A stretch of 62,999 bases of DNA, the filler included, from Octopus bimaculoides (taxonomy: Eukaryota), in the NCBI RefSeq assembly GCF_001194135.2. It is 4 parts of 4 records of this genome, joined end to end, with 100 filler letters (N's around TTAATTAATTAA, not from the genome) between each part and the next. Parts side by side here need not be neighbours in the genome. Positions count along the whole stretch, not along the records: positions 1 to 28,152 come from NC_068996.1; 3 more parts are not named here. One strand, 5' to 3'. Positions 1 to 12,036 of the stretch are shown in pieces. Under the pieces are notes generated by a model. The model did not search any database. It was not told where the DNA came from and saw only the letters and a list, made by a program, of their open reading frames with translations. Positions within the stretch are counted from its first letter, which is position 1. Every line of letters starts with the position of its first letter. Position numbers and translations under genes: made by a program.

Positions 1-330
1 CCAGTACCGCCTGACTGGCTCCCGTAGGATTTTCGAGCGAGATCGTTGCCAGTGCCCCTGGACTGGCTCTTGTGCGGGTGGCACATAAAAGACACCATTT
101 CGAGTGTGGCCATTGCCAGTAGCGCCTGACTGGCCTTCGTGCGGGTGACACGTAAAAGCACCTACTAGACTCTCTGAGTGGTTGGCGTTAGGAAGAGCAT
201 CCAGCTGTAGAAACTCTGCCAAATTAGATTGGAGCCTGGTGTTGCCATCCGGTTTCACCAGTCCTCAGTCAAATTGTCCAACCCATGCTAGCATGAAAAG
301 CGGACGTTAAACGATGATGATGATGATGAT
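1..330 (+). mobile_element. RTE LINE family 1, 3' UTR with (GAT)n tail (5' end runs off the window)
   Basis: Same sequence as the UTR that follows the RTE ORF2 stop at 7803. Ends GGACGTTAAACGATGATGATG. Confidence 0.85.
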
Positions 331-469
331 ACTTGCACACCAATGAGTGACACCAGTAAAAGAATATACAGTAATCCCCTGATTATCACGGGTGCTACGT
401 TCCAAAACCCCCTGCAATAGGTGAAAATCTACAAAGTAGAAACAAAACTGTACTGTATATTCTTTGAGA

Positions 470-735
470 GTGTAAGTGGGTGCTTTTTATGTGCGACCGG
501 CACAGGGGCCAGAGGAGCTGGCATTGACCACAACTGGATGGTGCTTTTTATGTGCCACTGGCACGGAAGCCAGTCAAAGCGGCACTGGCATCGGCCACGT
601 TTGGATGGTACTTTTTACATGTCACCGGCACAGCGGTCACAACTACAATTTCCATTTGATGTTGATGTACTTGACTCAATAGGTCTCCTCAATCACAGCA
701 TGTCCCCTACAATCTAAGATACTTTTGAGTGGGCT
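470..735 (-). mobile_element. RTE family 1, 3' UTR fragment
   Basis: Repeated GTGCTTTTTATGTGCCACTGGCAC units, as at 7500-7800. Confidence 0.65.
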
Positions 736-1059
736 GAAAATGTATTTAGTATTATATATGCATGTCCATGATTCACCCCATAGTCCACTGTCTGCATCCT
801 CTCTTACACCCACCTTGTATCTTGAGATGCTTCAGCATCCCACCACCATTTCTGTCTTCTTTCCAACTTTCCAACTATTCCCACCCACTCATATACTGTA
901 ATGTGGTGGGGGGCACCTTATATCTCTATTGTAAGATGTCTGGGTTTGCGCTTCCATCACACTCAACATTTGGCATGGAATCATCACCACCACCCCTTCT
1001 TCCCTCCCCCATTTAGTTTATGAGGTTTTTTTTTTCTTGCCTTGCAACTTATTCAGCAG

Positions 1060-1262
1060 CTTCAATAGTGCAGGTGGCATGCACGAGAAAAAAACACCCA
1101 GTCCAGTTTGTGAAGTGGCTGGCATTAGGAATGGCATCCAGCTGTAGAAACCATGTCAAAGCTGACATTGGAACTTAATATAATCCTCTGGCTTGTTGGA
1201 TCCTGTCAAATTGTGCAGCACATGTCTGCATGGGAAATAGATGTTAAAAGAAAATAATGACA
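1060..1262 (+). mobile_element. RTE family 1, degraded 3' end
   Basis: GGCATTAGGAATGGCATCCAGCTGTAGAAACC and a degenerate GAT tail. Confidence 0.6.
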
Positions 1263-1309
1263 ATGGTGGTGGTGGTGGTGGAAGCAGTGACGAGGATGGT
1301 GTAAGGCAG

Positions 1310-1515
1310 GGAATTGACAGAATCATCGACACATCAGACGAAAATTCTTAGCTGCATTTCTTCTGAGTCTTTATTTTCTGAGTTCAAATTCCAACAAGGT
1401 CAGCTTTACCTTTCATCCTTCTAGGGGGTCAGTAAAATAAGTACTAATTGAGCATGGGGGTTGATTTAACTGACTTACCCATCCCCTCATAATAGCAGGT
1501 CTTGTGCCAAAAGAA
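1310..1515 (+). mobile_element. SINE family B, degraded
   Basis: GACAGAATCATC...CTGAGTTCAAATTCC...TAAAATAAGTAC. Confidence 0.6.
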
Positions 1516-1544
1516 AGAATTATATATGCATGTGCTGTGTTTAT

Positions 1545-2625
1545 CATCATCATCATCATCATTTAGTGTCTGCTTTTCATGCTGGCATGAGTTAGACAGT
1601 TTGGTTGGAACTGGTAAGCCAGAGAGCTGTACCAGGCTCCAGTCTGATTTTGGCTTGGTTTCTATGTCTGGATGTCCTTCCTAACATCAATCACTCCAAG
1701 ATTGTAGTGGGTGCTGCTTTCTATGTGCCAGTCACATGACACTGGCATCAGTAACTCCAATTTCACTTGGTTTGATGAGTCTTCTGAAACACAGCAATTC
1801 ACCAAAAGTCACGACCCCTTGCCATCGCCTCTGTGAGACCTCAAATTCAAAGATCCTGCTTCATCACCTTGGTCCATGTCTTCCTGGGTCTACCTCTTCC
1901 AGTTTCCCTCCGCAGAAATCAACATTTCTTTACACAGCTGTCTACATCCATACACATCACATGACCATACCAGCACAATTGTCTCTCTTGTACACCACAT
2001 CTGATGCCCCTTAAGCCCAATTTTTCTCTCAAAATGCTTACACTCTGTCATATGAGCACACTGACATTGCACATCCAATGAAGCATACTAACTTCATTTC
2101 TTTCAAGCCTTTGCATGTCCTCTGTGGCCACAGCCCATGCTTCGCTGTGATGCAGCATGGCTGTTCGTACATAGGCATCATACACTCTGCCTTTACTCTG
2201 AGGGAGAGACTCTTTGTTACCTACAGAGGTAGAAGCTCTTTAGACTTTGCCCAGACTATTCTTATTCTAGCAGCTACACTCTCAGAGCATCCACCTTCAT
2301 TGCAGACTTGGTCACCAAAATAATGGAAACTATCAACTACTTCTAAGTATCCTCCTTAGCATTTGATGGAGTCTATTTTCTGTACATTTCTAGTGTTTAT
2401 TGTACCTGTACATCTGCCACACACAAAGACTATTTTCCCTGTTAGCCTTCCTCTGATATTGCTGCACCTCTTATGCGTCTATAGCACTGGGTACACCTTA
2501 TGGAGTTTCTACTACATATTGAGCAGGGCCATCTACTTAAAGGGATTTGTGATTTGTCCTCTTTCCTACTTTCTAGGACTTTGATTATTGTTAAATTAAC
2601 TCTAAGGCAATCTGTTCATGATCTC
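1545..2625 (-). mobile_element. RTE family 1, 5'-truncated degraded copy (PHD-like region, ORF2 C-terminus, 3' UTR)
   Basis: Colinear with 7356-8700. Carries THKRCSNIRGRLTGKIVFVCGRC and a GAT tail. Confidence 0.85.
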
Positions 2626-2667
2626 TTTTTATGTGTTTATAATATATATATCACTTCTCATTTTTAG

Positions 2668-2771
2668 ACATTTGCTGAACAAACACTTGGACCTGCTTCT
2701 TGGATAATGCCAATTCTAATAGCTATATCTGTTATTGGAATGATAAATGGAACTTCGTTGTCAATGTCAAG
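2668..2771 (+). CDS. SLC7/LAT-family amino-acid transporter, first visible exon (TM8); earlier exons lie upstream of the window
   Basis: tttttag|ACA...TCAAG|gtaaat. Encodes TFAEQTLGPASWIMPILIAISVIGMINGTSLSMS(R), matching the SLC7 TM8 pattern W-I-x-P...G-x-x-N-G...S-R. Ends in phase 2. Confidence 0.93.
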
Positions 2772-2989
2772 GTAAATGTTTTAAAACCAACACATCTTTT
2801 CCTCTCTATTCCTACTATTCTGTTGTAAAATCAATCAGCTACTTTAAACAGGTGTTTTGTAGGGAGGGGGTGTTATTTGTCGCTAGTTTTTGTAATTGTT
2901 TAGCTCTGGGTCAGCCTTGAACTGATCAAACTGATAATTAAAAGTCTTTCAGCCTTAGCCATCCAACCTTTATTTGTGTGTGTATATAT

Positions 2990-3290
2990 CATCATCCTCA
3001 TTTAACATCCATGTTCCATGCTGGCATGGGTGGGATGGCTTGACAGGAGCTGGCCACGTAGAAGCCTGCACCAGACTTCTGTGACTGTATTGGCAGGATT
3101 TTTACAGCTGGATGCCCTTCTTAACACCAACCACCCAACTGAGTGCTTTTTATGTGGCACAAGCACAGGCGAGGTCAGTTTTGGCAAGGTTTATACAGCT
3201 GTGGACTGGGGTGCTTTTAAGTAGCACCTGCACTGATAGGGTCACCAAGTACTTGCAAGACAAAAAAAACTTTTAAGAGGGGAGGAGGTG
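2990..3290 (-). mobile_element. RTE family 1, 3' end fragment
   Basis: CATCATCCTCATTTAACATCCATGTTCCATGCTGGCATGGG...CAGCTGGATGCCCTTC. Confidence 0.7.
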
Positions 3291-4093
3291 ATGATGAAAA
3301 GGTTATAGTGAGACAGATACAGGTGTCTTGCTGTAGAGGAAGTACAAGGTTACCTGGCTGGAGAGAGAGGGAGAGGGAGAGAGAGAAATCAGGAATGAAG
3401 ACAGATACAGGTGTCTTGCTGTAGAGGAAGTACAAGGTTACCTGGCTGGAGAGAGAATNNNNNNNNNNNNNNNNNNNNNNNNNNNNNNNNNNNNNNNNNN
3501 NNNNNNNNNNNNNNNNNNNNNNNNNNNNNNNNNNNNNNNNNNNNNNNNNNNNNNNNNNNNNNNNNNNNNNNNNNNNNNNNNNNNNNNNNNNNNNNNNNNN
3601 NNNNNNNNNNNNNNNNNNNNNNNNNNNNNNNNNNNNNNNNNNNNNNNNNNNNNNNNNNNNNNNNNNNNNNNNNNNNNNNNNNNNNNNNNNNNNNNNNNNN
3701 NNNNNNNNNNNNNNNNNNNNNNNNNNNNNNNNNNNNNNNNGGGGTGCTTTTAAGTAGCACCTGCACTGATAGGGTCACCAAGTACTTGCAAGACAAAAAA
3801 AACTTTTAAGAGGGGAGGAGGTGATGATGAAAAGGTTATAGTGAGACAGATACAGGTGTCTTGCTGTAGAGGAAGTACAAGGTTACCTGGCTGGAGAGAG
3901 AGGGAGAGGGAGAGAGAGAAATCAGGAATGAAGACAGATACAGGTGTCTTGCTGTAGAGGAAGTACAAGGTTACCTGGCTGGAGAGAGAATGATCAGGAA
4001 TGATGACAGAAATAGGTGTGCTACCACAAAGAAAATACTGCAGGATGGAGATGGTGGCAAAATGCCAGGCACACTCACAAGGAACAGGGTTCA

Positions 4094-4437
4094 GAGTATG
4101 ACTTGTGTGGTATGAAGCTTGCTTCCCAACTACATGGCTTTTGGTTCAATCCCAGTCTGTATCACTTTGTGCAACTGTCTTCTACTATAGCCTAGAGCTG
4201 ACCAAAGCCTTGTGGGTGATTTGGTACACAGAAACTGAAAGAAGTCCATATATGTGTGTGTGTCTTTGTGAATGTGCTTGTCACCACCCCCACACCACCA
4301 CCACTTGGCAATTGGTGTTTGTGTGTTTATGTCCCTGTGACTTAGCAGTTCAGCAAAAGTTCTGGGGTTTATTCATTCAATTAAAAATTCTTCAAGGTGG
4401 TATCTCAGCATGGCTGCAGTCTAATGACTGGAACAAT
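4094..4437 (+). mobile_element. tRNA-derived SINE family A, degraded
   Basis: Head with A/B-box-like motifs, TCTTCTACTATAGCC core, central (TG)n and the family tail. Confidence 0.75.
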
Positions 4438-4469
4438 GTCCTGCCTCAAAGCTATCCATCGCATGCCCT

Positions 4470-4790
4470 GGTATAGACATGTCCTCTGTCTCCCACTAGA
4501 TCATCCCACCAGAGCTTTAGTGTCATTAAGTACAGCAGCTGCAGGTTGAAAGATGCTTCATGGTAGGCCCCTTCACCAGATGGCTGGACGTGATTGGGGA
4601 AGATCTCTGGAGGCTCAATGTCACCTTGGGGGATGCAAAGGGGCTGGCATGGGACTTTCATCGATGGAGAACACTGGTGGATCTGGTCAGGTCTACACAT
4701 GATAACGTCTCTGAGACCACTGACTTGGGATGACTCCTGCCCCATCAAGCAGGATGCAAGTAAGCCAGTAAGATTAAGCAATGAAAGCTC
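4470..4790 (+). mobile_element. RTE LINE family 2, ORF2 C-terminus and 3' end
   Basis: Encodes GPFTRWLDVIGEDLWRLNVTLGDAKGLAWDFHRWRTLVDLV...*, the RTE C-terminal pattern. A homologous copy is at 48560-48730. Confidence 0.7.
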
Positions 4791-6081
4791 ATAGCAATTA
4801 TAAATTTATTTCTATAAAAAGCTAAGTGTAATTGCGTGATTAATTATACCTGACAGTAATGACTATTAAAAACAGATGACTGCTGAACAGCTGCAATATT
4901 TACCATATGATATTGACTAATACACATAATACGCTTTAACTTAACCTAATTTAATCCTTTGACACTCTCTCTAATGTAATGTTTATTTATTCACATTGTT
5001 TTCAATTAACCCTGCATTATCTCTTAGCTGCAAGATTTTGATGATGTAATTGTTTGGGTTTTTTTAATGATATTAGAAAATAGTTGTGACAGCTGGATCT
5101 GGTCAGTTTGAACATAGAACAAATAGACTATTTGTGCCAGATTTGAATGCTAAAGGATTAAATTATCCATGCCATTAGTAAACAAACTTTCCCCATAGAT
5201 ATGTTTAAATACTAAAAATGAAAAGCAAGGGAGATAATTCCAATGCTGTTAGTGAACCAAAGTTTTGGGAAAATAAAAACAATGCTCATGAAAGTGGATC
5301 TAGTCTTTAAAATCAACAAATTAAAATGACAGATATATTTTAAGCTTATTAAATTTCTTTATCGCTATTTTTATCTGTTAATTGCAAAGATAAGCTCAAT
5401 TAGTCAAAGTGTTTCAACTCGTTCATATTTGATATTCTTTAGTTTGTATATTTAATATGCAGAATGCTCCACAGAGATACCTTCCCTCAGGTCTGCTGTA
5501 AACTGTATTCACTTTTCTGTCAATTCACAAGTTGGCTGTATACCACTTCTACTCCTAAGACCACCAGACACACTCACTTCCTCTCATGACTCAAATTGTG
5601 GCTCCAGACACTGCATTAAACAGTTTTTTTCCTACAATCCCTCCTCTCTAGAATATCACCCATCTAACACCCTTTTTGAATATATTGTTTCCTTTTCTAG
5701 AGGCATTGAGTTTCAGATGTTTAAAATTAGCACTGGCCAGATCAATTGCACCAAGCCTGGAAAGTTTATGAAAGTAATGAGCTTGGCTCCATTTACTGCA
5801 TTAAAAATTTAAAAACCAAAAAGTGTTGTGCTATGCCTCAACACAAATGGTCGAACAGAAATTTTTTTTAAATTACCAAAACATGTGTATAAGGTTCATG
5901 AGATTGTATTTATGATCAGTTTTGATTAGTTTAAGGTTAATGAAATTATATTTCAGCTTTTTTTTTTTTTTTTTTTTTTTTTTTCCTGCAAGTTCAAAGT
6001 GTAGATCAAAAGATATCGTTACTCTCTAATTATTATAAACATTGAAGTATTTCACTTTATGAAAATTCTCTTTGTTTTCAG

Positions 6082-6178
6082 GTTATTCTTTGTGGGAGCC
6101 CAGAATAACCACATGCCAAAAATCATTTCCATGATTACAAGGAAAAATCTAACACCAGCACCTTCCCTTCTTATAATT
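6082..6178 (+). CDS. SLC7/LAT-family transporter, exon 2 of 5 visible
   Basis: ttttcag|G...ATT|gtaagt. Completes the split Arg codon and encodes LFFVGAQNNHMPKIISMITRKNLTPAPSLLII (compare LAT1 [30 protein letters not shown]). Confidence 0.95.
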
Positions 6179-7355
6179 GTAAGTTATATATATGTGTTTT
6201 GCTTCCTTTGTATTTACCATTTCTGTAAGAATTGGGAAGATTTTTTTTCATCTATTGACTGCTTGTTGGGCTTTCAGTTCCGAGGATCTGTCTTCTATTT
6301 AGTTTTCATTCTCTCTTATTAAATTCTTAAATATCTTTACAGGTACTTGTGAAGTGCTTTAGACACACCTTTGTATTCTGTTGATACAAAGAGGTTTCCA
6401 ATTAAAAGTGATTCCTGGGACTTGAATCACTGAGTTGTTATATCTTGTAGACATCTGTTGTTTATGTAATTATTCTTCATGTTTATACTGTGTCTATTAT
6501 CCTGTTAATAACATCTTAGATGCCTGAGCTTGGATTTTTTTTTTTTTTGTTAATAGTGCTTTTTCTGTCCATGCAGGGTAGATGCAGGTATGATTGTGTG
6601 CTTTAGAAGTTCACTTCACAAATACACGCACATGAGTCTGATTCCACTGCTCAGTAATTTTGATAAGCCTCAGGTCAACCAAAGCTATGTGGGTGAAATT
6701 CAGTAGACAAAACTGTGCAGAAGCCCATCTTTTGTTACACTTTGGGTACACTTAGCAGAGCCCAATGTGTTGCAAATATTTGATTTCAGGTGTCTGGTTT
6801 TAGGATAACTTACTTCCTTCTTCTCACCAGTATTGGAGCCCTGTAAAAGGTCATGAGCAATGTCTTTCTCTCTTTAAGTAATCTATACAAAAAAAAGGTC
6901 ATGAAAAGCTTTAAAGGTATATTTGAATGGCATACCATAGCTGTGACAAATGGAACAGTGTAAGAAATTATAAATGAATTCAGAAGCAGATTGTAAGAAC
7001 TGAATGGTATACCATATATGTCTCTGTCATGGTTGGGTCCTGCAACCAGAAGCTAATCGTGATGGGTTATACAGCCGAGAGAGGATGCAGGCAAGAGGAG
7101 GATATAATTGATAACTTTAAGTTCATAATACTACTATATACTGGAGATCAACAGATGTTAAGTAAATGGTTACTTCTTTTCTGGATATATTATCAGATCT
7201 GCACAAACTTAGGAATTATAATGTTCATACCTGCTATTATCTTATTGCTAACCTGTTGTGCTGGAACCTGTTTTAGTAGGTTTGAATACATTACCAGTTA
7301 TTTACATTCCATCTCTGAATTTTCTGTTAAAACTTGTTTTGTTGCAACTCAGCAG

Positions 7356-9270
7356 TCATCATCATCAGCATCATTTTACGTCCACTTTCCATGCTGGCAT
7401 GGGTTGGACGGTTTGACTGAGGACTGGTGAACCAGATGGCTAAACCAGGCTCCAATCTGATTTGGCAAAGTTTCTACAGCTGGATGCCCTTCCTAACGCC
7501 AACAACTCCAAGAGTGTAGTAGGTACTTTTACGTGCCACCAGCATGAGGGCCAGTCAAGCGGTACTGGCAATGACCACGCTCAAAGGGTGTTTTCATGTG
7601 CCACCTGCATGGGAGCCAGTCCAGCGGCAATGGCAACAGCCACACTCGAATGTTGTTTTTCATGTGCCAGTAAAATGATGCTGGCAATGATCACACTTGA
7701 ATGGTGCTTTTCATGTGTCACCAGCACAGGAGCCAATCCGTGGCCCTGGCAACGATCATGCTCAGATGTGCTTTTAACGTTCCACTGGCATGAGCTATGG
7801 TCTCACTTGGGTTGTTGGATCTTCTCAAGCACAGCATATCTCCAAAAGTCTCGGTCACAAGTCATTGCCTCGGTGAGGCCAAATGTTCGAAGGTCTTCCT
7901 TCACCATCTCATCCCAAGTCTTCCTGGCTCTACCTCTTCCACAGGTTCCCTCAACTGCTAGGGTGTGACACTTTTTCACACGGCTGTCCTCATTCATTTG
8001 CAACACATGACCATACCAGCGCAATCGTCTCTCTTGCACACCACATCTGATGCTCCTTAAATCCAACTTTTCTCTCAGGGCACTTATACTCTGTCGAGTA
8101 TGCACACTGACATTACACATCCATCAGAGCATACTGGCTTCATTCCTTACGAGCCTACGCATGTCCTCAGCAGTCACGGCCCATGTTTCATTGCCATATA
8201 GCATGGGTGTTCATACACATGCGTCATACGGTCTGCCTTTTACTTTGAGAGAGAGAGACTCTTTGTCACCAGCAGAGGTAAGAGCTCTCTGAACTTTGCC
8301 CAGGCTATNNNNNNNNNNCGGTCTGCCTTTTACTTTGAGAGAGAGAGACTCTTTGTCACCAGCAGAGGTAAGAGCTCTCTGAACTTTGCCCAGGCTATTC
8401 TTATTCTAGCAGCTACACTTTCAGAGCATCCACCCCTGCAACTGACTTGGTCCTAGGTAACGGAAGCTATCAGCTACTTCTAGTTTTTCTCCTTGGAATG
8501 TGACAAAAGCTGTTCTCTGCACATTTTCAGTGTTTATAGCACCTAAGCATTTGCCACATACAAAATTTATCTTCCCAGTTAGCCTTCTTTTGATATTGTT
8601 TCACCTCTTATGTGTCCATAGCTTGCACTGGGTGCATCTTATAGAGTTTCTACCTACGCCTTTTCTACAGATCGAGCAGTGCCATCTACCTGAAGGGGTT
8701 TGTGTTTTGTCTACCTTCCTACTTATTAGGACTTTGGTTTTAGCTAGGTTGACTCTGAGGCCCTTCAATTCTAGTCCTTGCTTCCACACCTGAAACTTCT
8801 CCTCTAGTTCTGATAGTGACTCAGCAATTAGGGCAAGGTCATCAGCATAGAGGAGCTCCCAGGGGCATCCCATCTTGAATTCCTGTGTTATTGCCTGGAG
8901 GACTATGATAAATAGGAGGGGGCTGAAGACAGAACCTTGGTGGACCCCTACCTCTACCCAGAATTCTTCATTGTACTCGTTGCCAACCCTCACCTTACTG
9001 ACAGCATCCCTGTACACAGCTTGCACAGCTCTCACTAACCATTCTTCTATCCCTAGTTTCCTCATTGACCACCAGATAAGGGATCGGGGGACCCTGTCAA
9101 AGGCTTTCTCGATGTCAATGAAAGCCAGGTACAGAAGTTTATCTTTGGCTAGGTATTTCTCCTGCAGCTGTCTTACCAGAAATATAGCATCAGTGGTGCT
9201 TTTCCCTGGCACGAACCCAAACTGCATCTCCTCTAAACTGACTCTCTCCCTAATTAGTTGGGCTAGGGAG
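7356..9270 (-). mobile_element. RTE LINE family 1, 5'-truncated copy with RT domain, PHD-like insert, C-terminus and 3' UTR
   Basis: ORF 8601-9305 has QFGFVPGKSTTDAIF, FIDIEKAFDRV, GVHQGSVFSPLLF and LYADD. ORF 7803-8120 has RRLRWYGHV...GRGRARKTW...DRDFWR. There are stops and frameshifts, and a GAT tail near 7356. Confidence 0.95.
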
Positions 9271-9408
9271 AGCAGTATTTTTGTATAATATATATTTTGT
9301 TTCATGGCTGTTCTCTTGTGACTGTATCTTCCAGCTTTAATGTGTCAATTTCTTAATAAATATTTTATTTATTTTGTAATTAAAAATTTGTTTCTGTTTT
9401 GCTTGTAG

Positions 9409-9558
9409 CTTATTTTATCTTTGTCATATCAACAATCTGGTGACATTTTCTTCCTAATTGAAATGGAAGGCTTTGGTTTTGCAACAGTGCTTGTTATGGT
9501 ATTTGCTGGCCAAGTATATCTTAGAAGAAAAGAACCCAAACTTCCTCGTCCAATTAAG
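9409..9558 (+). CDS. SLC7/LAT-family transporter, exon 3 of 5 visible (TM9-TM10)
   Basis: ttgtag|CTT...AAG|gtgaga, 150 bp, phase 0/0. Encodes LILSLSYQQSGDIFFLIEMEGFGFATVLVMVFAGQVYLRRKEPKLPRPIK, with the family motif LRxxxPxLxRPIK. Confidence 0.95.
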
Positions 9559-10709
9559 GTGAGAATATTTAACATTTAACTGTTGCTTCCATTATCAACA
9601 TAATTAATTTATATTGTTAATTTTTCAGATTCCCCTCATCTGAAAATACTACACAATTATTTAAAAGAACTACCTATTTTTCAATAATTTTCAATCATAA
9701 AATTATGAAAAACATGTAATGCATACAGAATATGCATTAATCACAAAAGTTTGGTTCAATAATCATTCCCATTCATTTACATTCTCATTATTGACATTGT
9801 TTTATATCTGCTCTCATGGGTTAGACTACTCATTATAGTCTTATTCAGTCATCATTCACAGATAATACCCTATCACACTAGTTAAGGAATCAGATCTTGT
9901 TTCATTTTTGAAACTTAGTCTCTATGGTTGGATGTCTTTCCTATCTTCAACTTTTGCAGTGCATGCATTTATTGTGGTACCAACAAAAGTTATGAGGGAA
10001 AAAGTCAGATTGTGTGAATATTCCAAAAGTCCTCTCCCCACCCCCTCAGAAAAAATTTTCCCTACAAAATTCTTTATAATCGTAATCTATGCTGTTTGAA
10101 AGCTTTTTATATAAAATTTCATCAAAAGATATCCTTTTTCCTGAGGGAAAACATTGGATCTTGTGAATTTTCCGAAAGTCCTCTCCCCACCTCTTGGTTT
10201 GTTGGCGTAAATTTTTGTTTTCCTATTCATTTAATATGCATTTTTTTTACACCCATTACACGTGATTTTGTTTTTGTTTTGATGGTTGGATGTTAAAGTA
10301 GTAATTAAGCTTTATTTTTTCTTTATTTGCTCTTTTTATTCAGTTACCTCTTAAATTTATGCTATTTTCTGTCTATCTATTTCTTTATTTTCTGAAGCAC
10401 TGAATTGGACTTACCTTTTTTTTTTTTTTTTTTTTGTAGTGGTTGGATGTTGCCCAACCACACCCAGATTTCCCCCCCCCCCAATTCTTCTGATTCATAG
10501 GTTTATCGATATCAGAAAATTTGCCTTTTACTTTTGTTCAAAATTGCTTTTTTTTTAATCCACCTGAAAAAATATATCTATTATAAATCTGAACAAAATT
10601 TCAACTTTTCTTCAAAAACATCTGATGCCACCCCTCTCCATCTTTTTCCATTCTACGTATTAGCTTTCTTCATTTACGTATGTGTAGACTTCTGAAACAG
10701 CAGGCAAAA

Positions 10710-11350
10710 AAATATCACGCTTTCACTAGAAAACTCGATATACTTGAACTAACAGCTAAATGCCAAGAAAATAAGTTTTTCCTCATATCACTTTCATTTT
10801 ACAACTCAATCATAAGATTTATGAGAGATAAATGACATATTCATCTGCTAAAATCTTCAAAGTAACTCTATATGTTTGAAATAAGTGAGTTTATTTATTT
10901 TATCTAAGCTTGTGTTTATAAATCCTCTTATCACAAATTACAAAATAAGAAAAGGTTGATTTCAATTGGTGCTGAGTCATGGTTTTGCCCATGTATACAC
11001 TTCACCTGACCGAGCTGGCAAAAAACCTATCACACCTCACTAAAAAATCGATGTGTTTGAAATAACAGCTAAATGTTTGGGAAATATGCTTTTCCTCATA
11101 TCATTTTCATTTTACAACTCAATTTATGAAAAATGAACGACACAACTGCCTGCTAAAATCCTAAGAGTTATGAAAGATGAACGACGTAATCGCCTGCTAA
11201 AATCCTAAGATTATCACAAGATGAATGATGCAATCACCTGCTAAAATCATCAAAGTAACTAGATATGCTTGAAATAACAGCTAAATGTCTGGAAAATATG
11301 TTTTTCTTCATATCATTTTCATTTTACGACTCAGTAATCAGATTTATGAA
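10710..11350 (+). repeat. Degenerate array of a repeat unit of about 130 bp with an internal about 39-bp triplication; a further copy lies at about 18500-18670
   Basis: Recurring TTGAAATAACAGCTAAAT...TTTTCCTCATATCA(C/T)TTTCATTTTACAACTC. Confidence 0.7.
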
Positions 11351-11957
11351 AGACAAACAATTTTGTATGATTTCTGAACATAATTTTAACTAAGCCCGTG
11401 ATTCCCAACATGGGGCATGATGATATTTTGGTGAGGCATGCATAGGGTTATGCTGAATTTTTATACCTTTTGTACACAATGTCTAGTATACCAATAGAGA
11501 AAGGGAGCAATTCAAGAATGAGTTATTAAAAAAAAATTCTTTACATCCCTTCTGTGGACAATTTTATCAAATTTTGGACACTTTAGAGACAACAGATCGT
11601 TTTCATCTTATTCATAAGATTTGATGTCACTAAAGAGGGAATAGATTATTTCCTTGGGCATGTGAAAAACATGTAGGTAATTACAAACACATGTGTGTGC
11701 GTGCATTCATTCGTGTATGTTGTATAGAACTGGTCAGTACTGAAAGCAATGCCATCTTAATTCCCTCTGGAGAAATAAACTGGGGACAGACTTATGTGTG
11801 CAGGTGTGTCTAAGAGTATTAAGTCTTTTGTCTCTGGTGACAGTGAGGGATGAAAGAACTGAATGGGTTGAAATGGAGTGGAAGTAAGGGGGTAGCGTCA
11901 GTGAAAGAGAGAGAGAGAGACATTTATGGTACTTGTAACGCACACACACACACACAC

Positions 11958-11958
<1 letters not shown>

Positions 11959-12033
<75 letters not shown>
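11959..12033. repeat. (TA)n microsatellite
   Basis: Perfect dinucleotide run. Confidence 0.95.

Positions 12034-12036
<3 letters not shown>

Noticed and set aside
3201-3990. Identical about 250-bp direct repeat on both sides of the 3459-3740 gap
   Set aside because: Base-identical flanks around a gap are typical of unmerged contig overlap.
8229-8388. Short exact duplication around a 10-N gap in the RTE copy
   Set aside because: Assembly overlap artefact.
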